Of a DNA stretch of 64,000 nucleotides, positions 26,349 to 37,592 are shown one piece after another. The notes under the pieces are model-generated. The model searched no databases. It was not told where the DNA came from and was given only the letters and a program-made list of their open reading frames with translations. Numbering within the stretch: position 1 is the stretch's first letter; every line of letters begins with the position of its first letter. Origin of the DNA: Mytilus trossulus (Eukaryota); the NCBI RefSeq assembly GCF_036588685.1, contig NC_086377.1, positions 17,794,001 to 17,858,000 of the forward strand. Direction: 5' to 3'. The position numbers and the translations under genes were made by a program.

Positions 26349-27437
26349 GATAGATAGATAGATAGATAGATACTTTATTCTCTAAAAACTAAATACAAGT
26401 TTACAGAGAAACATACACTAAATACATATACAATAGTTAAGGTAAACAAATACAGTAAGATATTTTAAAAGTAAAAAATTATAATTTACAAAGTCTGAAT
26501 AATCTTTGAGTGCCCCTTGTCTTTTTTCTTTTTTCCTGCATTCGTTGTCAAACCATGATTTGTTCGATTTCCGTTTTTGTGTATTGAGATGAAATATTAA
26601 TCCATATGACACAATTGCTTTCATTTTCTATAAGCTAGACATATTTTAAAATCTCATGTTTTTAACAAATTATTAGGCCGCCCGATCGTCTATTTAAATT
26701 TGAATCATAAGTTGAATCTGTTTTTCATCCAGGCAGGGATAGATGGTCGCAGTTGTCGGGTTTGGTTTCTTGGAGACATAATATATCTTATTTGGTTATA
26801 AGGTCAATAAAGTTACTTCGTGCTTGTCTTAATTTCGCATACATTTAAGCATAATATTTTTTAATTTCTAATTTCATATTCACGGCAGTTTATCTTACAC
26901 TGTTTATGATTCAAAGTTCTTGTGGTTACGTTTGTACCTCCTGCGATTTCCTATGACGATGAGCTAGTTCTTAATCTCTTGTTCGGCCTACTTACAGTAT
27001 CATTATTTTCCTTTGAGAAAGATTGGCTTTCCTCTATATTGTTTTTAGAATTATAAACTTTACCTTCGATAATTAATTTGTCCCGTATCAGACTAACTCT
27101 TTTCCCATTTCTTTTCGCGTCTTTCATGACAGGATATAATTTTCGTCTCCGTTCTTCTATTTCAATAGGAAATTGTAAGTTCATCCCAAACTGAGGTTTT
27201 TCTTTTAACTTTGGCCCTGCTTCTAAAACTTTTCGTAGGTCAGCAAAATATACGAATTTCACTACAATAAGTCTTGGTTTGCCCTTATTTTTGTCTGCCC
27301 TACCAAACCTATGGATATTTCCAAACTGTATATCTTTTTTAATTAAAAGTTCATTCGAAATGAAGTTCTGAATTGCGATTTTGGTGTCTTCCTTGGGTTT
27401 CTCCTCAATTCCGCTAAAAACAAGGTTATTTTGCATT
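26349..27437 (-). mobile_element. Internally deleted LINE (ORF1 fragment, ORF2 remnant, (TATC)n tail) nested in an R2 repeat
   Basis: ORF 27436-26951 (NNLVFSGIEE...HRFG...PRLIVVKF, L1-type ORF1 RNA-binding region); KSWFDNEC ORF2 linker remnant; AATAAA and (TATC)n at ~26349-26380. The R2 repeat is split into 26239-26348 and 27438-27470. Confidence 0.75.
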
Positions 27438-27849
27438 TAACAAATTTCCGATTTCCATTCTCAATTTTATATTAACATTTAGATGCCGATGTGTTATTTA
27501 AAATGAGAAAAAATTGTCCCATGATTCACATTTTCATTATATAGATTTATAAGTCAATAACACTAAATCCATAGGTGTCCAGTAAGAATTATCCGAGTAC
27601 TATATATATATATATTGGATATTGTCATCTATAATGAATAGAGTTATCTTTCTTTGTACTAATTATTTCCATGTCCAAGTGCATTTGCCCTTGGTCTCTT
27701 TTCTATTTTAGTGACTTGTATTATTTATTCCTTCAACTTGTTTTTATAGGTGGAACTCTGTTAGCAAACTATTTCCATCTCCATTTGATATGGTGAATTA
27801 AATTATTAAACTATTTTTGCTGGCATTCTAGCATAGCAGAGAAACTTTG

Positions 27850-28068
27850 AAAGAACAAATAACAATAACAATTGTTTTATGTTGTGACATTTTATATGAT
27901 ATATATATATTCTATGATATTATATTCTCTTCATGTGAATTGAAATTTTAATATTATCTTCATTATATGTTTTTGTGTTAAGAATCAGAATGTATTGTTT
28001 ATTGTTGTCATTATGTCCCGTCAGGGGCCCTAAATTGGAAAATAAAGAACTTTGAACTTTGAACTTTG
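27850..28068 (+). mobile_element. Probable LINE 3' end with (GAACTTT)3 tail
   Basis: GC-rich stem GTCCCGTCAGGGGC, then AATAAA, then GAACTTT x3. Confidence 0.45.
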
Positions 28069-28807
28069 TATTGCATGCATTGCAAGTATTGCAGGGTTAT
28101 CCTATAAACGATTTATTTAAGAATTGAATGCTTCTTTTTGTAAATTTATTGGGGTGTAAAAGCGTTGACCGAAGTACATTTTGTATGAAGCGCGGAAGCT
28201 TGACAAGCTTGTATGACACATGAAGTGGTTAACTAAAAGCAATCAACCTGATCAGATGATATCATCAAGAACTACTAGATTCATTATTGCGAAAAATGCA
28301 ACACGTTGCGAAAAATGCAACAGGGTTATCATGGTAACCGTAATTATCGCAATAATTTAAACTCGCATTTTGATAAATTTGTAGTTGAATTAAACTGGAT
28401 TTTCCTCAAAATCGCAATAATAAATGCACGCAATAATTTCTGAATTTACAAGATTAGTTCAAAAGGAATATCGATAGATGCTGGAAAATAAAATAACACT
28501 TTACAAATTGTGTTCGACAATGTTCGAAGCGCTTTTCTAAATAAACCTGTACCATGCAAGCTAACACCCGGCCATAATGTAAAGGTCAGCAATGCCTAAG
28601 TTACTGCATAAAAGAGGGACGAAAGATACCACCGTGACAGTCAAACTCGTAAATCTAAAACAAACTGACAACGCCATGGCTAAAAATGAAAAAGACAAAC
28701 AGAAAACAATAGTACACATGACACAACATAGAAAACTAAAGAATAAACAACACGAATTCGAACCCCACTAAAAACTAGGGGTGATCTCAGGATGATGATC
28801 TTTATAT

Positions 28808-31800
28808 ACTGTTACTGTTACTGGTAATTTCCTCATCTCTCAGGAGCACTCCCAAAGGGATACATAGATTTTAAAGTATAGTCTAAGAAAGGATCTAAGA
28901 AAGGATATATATATATACAACTTACGTTAAACTGTACAGTTTCCCACCACCCTTGGCTATTGCGTATACTAAAAGCATTGTTCATTTGGCATACTTTAAG
29001 TCTATTTACACACTGTCTATAATATAACTTCTTATGTTTCATCTTTTAGGAGATAAGTTCTCCTCACATGTAGTCCATAACATAATGTCCTTGTTATTTG
29101 TTCAATATCAGTATAGTTGTCCTTTTTTAAGCGAATAGATGTTCTCACACTTTCACATGTAGAGTCAAGAATAAGTTTCATTAGTTGTCTATTATCAAGA
29201 TCTTCGTATGTTCCTTTTTTAATGTTTTCTAGATAGCATTTTAGAGTGTTCAAGTGATTTCTTCGTACATCCTCTAATCTATCACATATCAATAAAAAAT
29301 GTTCTAAATCTTCTGTATCATTTTGGCACATTTTACATTTTGCTGTTTCTTTATTATTACTAAACTTGGCTTTATTAACTTGTAAAGTATAAGTTCCTGT
29401 TAACAGTCTGGCTTTTACTTCAGCTTTTTTCACCTCAATATGACAGTTTGGTACAGATTTCCATATCTGATGAGCATTTTCTATAGCATATGACTGAATA
29501 TTTAGTAGTTTCAAGGTTGACTTCTGTTGTTTCTCTTCTTGCCACTTAACATCCCAGTAGTGTATTATATGTTTCTTTACTGTTTTTTTCCATTTCAGAG
29601 TATCTAATTCATTCTCTAACAATGTTTCAATTTCTGGTAAACCATATTTCTCTAATCTCTGAATAACCTTAATAATGTAACTTTTACCATTGCGTTTTGC
29701 CATACTTAATTGTCTTTCTAAAATTTTGAATTCTAAAGTTTCTTTGTTGTGAAGGAGATTTCCTAGAAATGTTAATATCAATCGGTCTACTACAACCTCG
29801 ACTGGCTTCACTCCTAGAAGTGAGTAAGTGGCAATATTTGCTGTCCTGTCTGGAAGACCCTGAATTTGTCTACATACTTTCAACTGTAGTCGCTCTAATT
29901 TCAGGATATCTGACTCAGTGAAATTCATTACTTCTATTCCATATAATGCTCGTGGTATGACATATGTTTTCCATATTTTATAGGCTACTATTGGAGACAT
30001 GCCTTTCCTTGCATGTAGTCCAGGTCCAAGTAAAGCATACAGAGTTTTCCTTGCCAGTTTTAGTCGATCTTCAGTGTTCAGCTTGTTTTTACTATTTCGT
30101 ATTAGTCCTAGATATTTTGTTTCACTCTTTTGGGTTATCTCATCTTTTCCAAGGTATACCGAGAAGTTACTTTGACATTTAGTGATCGGTACCAAATCTG
30201 ACTTGTCTGGGTTTATAGTTACTATGTCTCTTTTTGTACAGTTTTCAACAATGTCTAATAATGCTTGTACTTCATGTTGGTTTTCTGCCAATACAGCTAT
30301 GTCGTCAGCACACGTTGGGGCCATTTCTTTTATGTTTCCTATTTCAGCTCCAATTTCAGATCTTTCTAATGCTTTCAGTATATTGTTATTATATCTCTTA
30401 TATAACATTGTTGACAATTTTGCTCCTTGTCTTACATCTTGTGTTACTTTCACTTCACCTGAGAGACTATTATTCCATTTCACTTGTATAGACATATTTC
30501 TATATAAATTACGTAAAAGTATCCAAATTCCACCACAAATTCCGTCATGATATAAGTTATTAAAAAGTATCTCATGATTGAGTTTATCAAAGGCCTTTTG
30601 GGCGTCAAGGGTAAGTAGAAAAAGTTCTCTCAAAAGTTCCTTATAACAGTCTGCTGTTTGTGTAACAATAAACGCTGTATTTAGTGATGATGCCTTTTCT
30701 GTGAAACCACGTTGTTATTTACTTTGTTTTGGAAGTAGAGTTGGTTCAATTCTGTCTTTTAATAGACTTTCAAGTACAGTTGAAAAAGTATTAGTAACTG
30801 TTATACCCCTGTAATTTTCTGAGTACATCTTGTCTTTGCCGGTTTTTGATACTGGAGTAACTGTTCCAGATTTAATTTTTTCTGGCACATCTAGATTGTC
30901 AAAGATTAAATTGATGATAATTACTATAAATGGTATAATCTCTTCTGGTCCATACTTGAAATGCTCTGAGCTAATTCCATTAACGTCTGGTGACTTTCCT
31001 GTTTTCATCTTAGAGATTGATGACTGGACCTCATCTACAGTTGCTCGTTCTATTGGTTGTAGATTTTCTTTTTCTATAGATTCAATGATTTCATTTTTGA
31101 TCTTTACGAGGTTAAGTTTTTCTGCACCAGTCTCATTCTCAATGTCGTTATTAAAAAGTTCTGAGAAATAGTCCCTCCATCCATCTGAAATTTCCTCTAG
31201 GTTATCTAAGGCGTTTTTATTGAATACCATAATGTCAGGATTTGAAGTATCAGATCTTCGTTGGTTTTGAATTAATTTATGAAATAGTTTGTTATCACTT
31301 TGGCTTGATTTCATAATTTTTTCTGTAAGTGCTATTCTTTGCGAAGCATGTGCCCTACGTTATGCACTCCTTAATCGTCTTTTTGCAGTTTGCATTTCAT
31401 TTTTGAGTTCGTAATTTTGCGTATCTTGCTTCCACATGTAGAAGGCTTCTTTAGATTTTCGAGAAGCATTGTTTATATCTTGGTTCCAAATACTTTTGCC
31501 TTTTGTTGTAACAACTGTTTGTTTTCTATACTTTGGGATAGAAAGGTTTCCTGCATGATGTAGGATATTCTCTAAATTTTCGATTGCTTCTGATGTTGTT
31601 TGAATTTCAGTTAGATCTATTTCTGTCAGTTTAGTTGTGATGGCTTCTTGGTATATTTGTTTATCACATTTTCTCCAATCAGGACGTTTAACTATTTTTG
31701 TTATTTGCCGTTTTTTTCTATTCAATGTTCCTACAACTTTCGCTATGACAATTGTGTGGTCAGAAACATTTAGAGGCTCCATGTCTGATATAGATACTGT

Positions 31801-34800
31801 GTACCTTATATTGTTCTCAGCTCTCTTGTGAAGAAAATAATATATCTGTGATTTAGATATTTTATTATGGTTATAGAATGTTGGTTTAATTGGATAGTTG
31901 TGTACCATTTCCAATTCGTTGTTGGTTAAAAATTGTTTTAAAATCATATCTCTTGATCTATTGTCTCTATGTAATGACGCATTTAAATCTCCACAAAGCA
32001 TTATTTGATATTTTTCCTGATATTTTTCAATTATCTCTTCCAGCTGAGCTAGCATATCTTTATATTTCTCATCACAATTTTCATTTCCTGATGGCATGTA
32101 AACATTTATCAAGCATATTGGGTGCTCTTTCGTATTCACTGTTATGCGTTCATTTCCATCTGGCATATATTTCACTGCATTGTCAATGTCTTTTCTCCAG
32201 AACGTAGCCACCCCCCCCCCCCCCCATAACCTCTTCCACATATAATATCTGAAGTGTCGATATAGTCATCAACTGATTTTGCCTCTACTTCATGCATATT
32301 ACTGACAGCATTCAGGTAATATTTCTCAGATGAATATAACCAATGTTCTTGAATACAAAAAAAATCACATCTCTTTAGTACTTGTTTCAAATAAAGTTCA
32401 TTTGACTTAGCATTTTGTATATTTAATGTACCTATAGTGATTTCCTTTTTTGCGGATGATTCGAGGTTGAGGCTCGGCCGTGCTCTAAAAAAGAAGTAGA
32501 ATCTCTTTGTTCTTGATTTCCTGAGTTTGAATTATTTTCAGTTACTTTTACACTTTGTATGTAAGTGTTTTGCTCACTTTCACTTGAGTCTGAATGTTTC
32601 TCTTTGGGTCTATCACAGTTTGATTTCAACTTGTGTGTATTGTTTTTAAGAAGTTCTCTTGGATATTTTCCTATCGGAATAACTCGTGGTTGTTGCGTTT
32701 TAACTTTCTCTAAATTTGGCAGTGTCATACTTTCTGGTGCTTTCACCTTACTTTGATTTAAAAATGTTGGTATCTGGTGGAAATCTCGTTTATTTTGCTG
32801 ATGATATTTTTGGTGGTCATTTTGTCGCACATTTCCAAAATGATTTACCATAGGCATATTTGCTAGCTGTATACTACTATGTTGATTGTTCATTCTATAA
32901 GAATTCACTTGGTGCATGAGATTTTGTCCTTGAATATTACGTATTTCTTGTGGTTGTTGATATGGCCCTGGAAATCTCTGTGTCAATATTGGTATTTTGA
33001 TTTCAATTGATATTGACCTTGCATGGGTATATGTGATTGTTGAAATGGAAATACCTTTGTTAATATAGGTCCCAACTGATTTTGTCCTGCAGCAGGCATT
33101 TTTGGCTGATTCATCATATAATTTTGGTTCTTGTTTTGAGTATTTTCTACATTTTGTACATATCTTTGTTGATTTATTAGTGGTTCTGTCTTGTGCTCAG
33201 TTATCAACGATTCATGATTTTGTAAGCTTGGCCGATAATTTTTCACTAATTTTTCATTGTTATTTTTACATGCACATTTACTCTCATGTTGTTCAAAGTT
33301 CGGTCTATTATCATGAAGTTTCATCATGTTTATTTCAGTTTTTAGATCTCTGATCTCCAGTTCATGCTCTAGTTTTATCTCATGAATGTCTAATTTATGC
33401 TGGAATTCCATAGTCATTGTTGTAAACTTGGCTGATATTGATTCTTCTAGCATTTGCAATTTAGTTTTTATAGTTTTTATAGCTTTTGTAAGGCAGAATT
33501 TTGCCATTGATGAATTTCATCTTTTTCTTTGCCTGTTGTTTGTTGTTTCCATTTACAGTGAATGAGGCTGATTGTATTTTCATAGTCCCTGTTTTGCTCC
33601 TCTAGCATGATAATTCTAGCTCTGCTAGCTGTGAGTTGTTGTTCTAATTCTATAGTTTCTTTCTTTTTCCATTTTTTGGCCTCGGTTTAAGGTTTATCGG
33701 GCTATGAGAAGGAGGGTCGCTTACGTGAGTGGGTAAGTTTTCATTTAGTTTATCTGGCCCCACTGTTTTCACTTTAGTTTCCTCTTCATTTATATCATTT
33801 ACCAGTTGTTCTTGATTGTCTCGTTGATTATAGGATACATCTACTTCTGTTTTTGATTTTGATTCATTTTCTTGTTGTTGATTGCTATTGTTTATAGCTA
33901 TGTGCACATTTTCTTCTTCTTCTTCTTCAATATTGAATGTTACATTTAGAGGTGTGTTTGTTCCCTTTCGGTCGTTCTCTAGTTCAAACTGTATAAAACT
34001 CTCATGTATAAAGTTATCTTCTAAGTTTTCACACAATGGGCAAGTATATGTCAGGTTGGTGTCTTCAGACTGTTTTTCAAATTCTTCTTCAGTGAGATTA
34101 CTGCATTCTTTATGTAACCACATACAACATTTTGTACATTCAACAGAGTTCTCATTGTTGACATCATAAAAACATGCTGGACATTTGATATGATTAATTT
34201 GTGGGTCAATATTTTCTTGTTCCCTTTGTGTTTTATTAGTTTCAATTTCAGGCGTAGGAATGTTCTTTCTTCTACCTATTATTTGCAACTTGTTTGGATT
34301 TTCACATTTTAAATCATTATCTTCTGTATTATGGTTCTTACTACTATATTCAGTCACTGCCTGATTTGAAAGTACAAGCTCGCATATTTCTATTATCTTT
34401 TCATTGATTTGTTTCACATTTGCCATATCTATAGTCTTTATGATTTCTCGGAGGTCTTCACAAATAAATTGCTGGTATTGACGCCCATTGATATCCATTC
34501 TACTAGTAGTATTGAACATGTTGATTCTATACCATTGTCTACATTTAATATTCATATTTTCTTTCGGTCTAATTGAAAACGATTCCTCTACTATTGCTTT
34601 TCCAATTGTCTTATTGCTAGTTTTACTAGATTTGACAGTTTTATTGTATGTTTTATTCTGATGTTCATCATACTATTTGATTATAGCCCTGTTATATACT
34701 TCATATGCAGCTGGTGTAAACGACATCACCAAAGTACCTCTTTTAAGTTCGATTTCAACATCAAAATCTCTTTTCGCAGCATCTATCTTTTTAAGTAATG

Positions 34801-35280
34801 CTGTTCTTTCATTAAGTTTATATTTCATCGATGTTTCATTTCTAATGGGTGTGAATATCTCTTTGCGTACAATCGTTCTGTTTGTCTTCCGCACAGTAAT
34901 GGGAGACGCCATATTTAAAAGTTTGACACTTCCGGTTTTGTATTTTAAAAGTTACTTCTCAATATATATATATTCTAGTGCGCTATTTACGAAGTGCTCA
35001 TCAATAAAAGTTTTTAAAAACGATAAATGTCAAATATATACACTAAAAGCGAACACACAGGATTATCTACAGGTTTAGGATAAAAGCACCGGTAAAATTT
35101 TTTCAACCATGACGCATTTAAAACCTTAAAATGTCATTTGTTGCAGGAGGTTAAAACTCTAAAATGCACTACGAAGCGTGAGAAAGTGTGTAGGGTGAAA
35201 CTGTACAGTTTTTTGTAAAACCTTTTGTGCTTTAAAACAACTAAAACTCTAAAAATATTGGGAGTGCTGTGCAGGTGAAC
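28808..35280 (-). mobile_element. Near full-length decayed non-LTR retrotransposon, RTE-X-like (ORF1 with PHD finger; ORF2 APE endonuclease, RT, CCHC)
   Basis: ORF1 34912-32432 has one nonsense codon, two frameshifts and a PHD (CPAC...CTKCCMWLHKEC...CPLC). ORF2 ~32486-29032 has TLNIQN, CIQEHWL, GDLNA, SDH, DAQKAFD, RQGAKLS, CADD and CKMC...EHFLLIC, with a poly-G frameshift at ~32211-32225 and stops at 31360 and 30715. Tail is CAGTAA repeats. Clade assignment is inference. Confidence 0.88.
32486..32492 (-). promoter_or_regulatory. Candidate -1 programmed ribosomal frameshift heptamer U UUU UUA linking LINE ORF1 to ORF2
   Basis: ORF1 phase TCT TTT TTA GAG; the -1 frame continues RARPSLNLESSAKKEITIGTLNIQN into the endonuclease with no in-frame ATG. 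Confidence 0.6.
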
Positions 35281-36431
35281 CTTCTATACCGCTTTTTTTT
35301 AATCTTAAACCAAAAGAAACGAACAAACAATACCAAATCAATTCGTACGTGCCATATGATTAATTGCCGATAATATCTCAGATGATATCGGATATGTTCC
35401 ATATGTCACAACAACAAGCCTGTTCCCGTTTCTAGAACTGGACCTACCCAATTAAACTATTTCCCGGGGTTGTAGTAATATGAGCAACACAACGAGTGCC
35501 ACACGTTGGAAAGGTTCTGCTTACTCTTCTGGAGCACTTGAGATCACCCTCAGGTTATGGTTTTGTTTGTGTTGATTAATCTTTAGTTTTCTATGTTGCG
35601 TCTTGTGAATAATCATTTGTCTGTCTGGTTTTTTCAGTCTCTTTTAGCCATGGCGTTGCCAGTTGATTTCGATTTATGAGTTTGAATGTCCCTCTGGTAT
35701 TTCACGACCCTCTTTTATACACTCGGCTTTAACTTTGAAGGTAATGAACTCTGGTTTAACCTTGAAGTGTATAAACTTTGCTTTAACCGTAAAGATTATG
35801 AACTTTATAAATTTGCTTTAACCTTGTAATGTATTTTCTTTAACAACGAAAGTAATAAACCCTGCTTAACCTTGATGGTTATGCTTATAATCTTTTGATT
35901 TTTTTTTAATCAACTTTTGAGCATAATTCTTATTGAAATACTATGTGTATTTCGAAGATATACATTATATGCGCTCAGATTAATATATAAAAAGCTATAA
36001 GAAAGTTAAGGCATTGTAAGGGGATGGGTACGACGTTTCAACCTAGGAAAAAAAGATGGAAAACGGCATTTATTTTTGAAATATAAGGACATCACAAACT
36101 GGTCAAAACATTTACTAAATTTTATCATCGGTATAAAGACATCATTCGTAAATATAGCTCAACATGCAGACTTCTTATACGTTCAGGTATTTCACATCCA
36201 ATTTTTTATGGAAATATTCTTTATAAAGCACAAAGGTGTCAGTATTCACCTCATAAACTTACAAAACCTTTGAATAGACTTATTAAGAAGGGATATAATT
36301 ACGATACTGTTGCCAAGTCATTAAAGATTGCATATTTTGGCGTTAATATTAAGTCACTGATAAGGTCTTTGCGTCGGAACTAAACACATTTATTCTAAAA
36401 TCAGTTGTTGGCATGACACGGGTTATGTTCT

Positions 36432-36504
36432 TCTCATATATGTTATGATGGTATGATACTAAACCCCTTACGGGAAGGATTGTGCCTGATGTTCATATGA
36501 TGAA
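36432..36504 (+). promoter_or_regulatory. SECIS element (form II) in PLE 3' UTR
   Basis: ATGAT (36445), 11-nt helix II GGTATGATACT, AAA (36461), CCC/GGG mini-stem, AGGATTGTGCC, TGAT (36487); helix I TTCTCATA/TATGATGAA. Confidence 0.8.
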
Positions 36505-36615
36505 ATCATAATCTTTCAGTCAGTTTAATTGAAGTCTGGAGCTGGCATGTCAGTTTACTGCTAGTAGTCTATTGTTATTTATGCATTATTGTCATTTTGT
36601 TTACCTTTTTACATT

Positions 36616-36706
36616 GGTTAGAGGTATAGGAGGAGGGTTGAGATCTCACAAACATGTTTAACCCCACCGCATTTTTGCGCCTGTCCCAAGTCAGGAGCCT
36701 CTGGCC
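36616..36706 (+). ncRNA. Twister-ribozyme-like fold, permuted type P5, lacking a canonical P1
   Basis: P5 GGTTAGAGGT/GCCTCTGGCC; GAGGG; T^AACCCCACC; P3 GCA-TTTT-TGC; P4/L4 CCTG-TCCCAAGT-CAGG. Predicted scissile bond 36659/36660. Confidence 0.7.
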
Positions 36707-37592
36707 TTTGTTAGTCTTGTATTATTTAAATTTTAGTTTCTTGTGTACAATTTGGAAATTAGTATGGCGTTCATTATCACTGAACTAGTATATATTTGTT
36801 TAGGGGCCAGCTGAAGGACGCCTCCGGGTGCGGGAATTTCTCGCTACATTGAAGACCTGTTGGTGACCTTCTGCTGTTGTTTTTTTATTTGGTCGGGTTG
36901 TTGTCTCTTTGACAAATTCCCCATTTCCTTTCTCAATTTTACATAATTATAACAAGACATCATGAACATGTACATATCTGACATGTCTGATTTGTCTTTA
37001 GAAATGGAAACAAGAAATACATAGCATCTCAGAGTTCAACATTTCAACTTGTTGCTTATGATATGATCTTTTTAATTTTAATGCCAAATTAGATTTTTTA
37101 TCCAATTTCATGGTCCATTGAACATGGAAAATGATAGTGCCAGTGGGGCATCCGTGTACTTAGGATACATTCTTGTTTTGTGTTGTTTTGTGTTGTTTTG
37201 TTGCTGCCCCATAAACAATTTTCATTTCTCTACAATATATACCACGCTGTGGTAATTAAAACTGATAAAATAAATCATAACTTCAACATTTTTAATAAAG
37301 ATTATGTATAAAACAATCAATGGAAGAATTAATTCGAATAACATAAATACAATATACAAATAACAGGTAATTACAATATACAATTAACAGGTAACAATAT
37401 TATACAATATACAATTTATTAACAGGTAACAATATACAGTTTGTGGGAATGTTGTTATTTATCACCATAGTAACAGTATGGACAGATCAGCCATATTCTT
37501 TTCTTTCAAAATATAAGAAAACTATTATTTTACTAAACGAACTGTCAGAAAATAACAGCTACTTCATCAACCATGAATTTAACTTGCTTTAA

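Larger units (their letters stand above)
36090..36941 (+). mobile_element. 5'-truncated Penelope-like element (Naiad/Chlamys-type): RT C-terminus plus 3' UTR, family R2 (short copies 14370-14570, 16675-16810, 26239-27470, 46457-46658)
   Basis: Frame 36090-36383 reads HHKLVKTFTKFYHRYKDIIRKY...GISHPIFYGNILYK...LNRLIKKGY...RRN*. No C-terminal GIY-YIG follows, as expected for permuted-domain PLEs. Confidence 0.75.

Noticed and set aside
28795-28810. TSD of the large LINE (CTTTATATAC versus CTTCTATAC at ~35282)
   Set aside because: Imperfect and AT-rich; could be chance.
36803-36876. Resemblance to HDV/CPEB3-like ribozyme (GGGGCC...UUCUGCUG)
   Set aside because: No P1 3' strand complementary to GGGGCC, so the double pseudoknot cannot form.
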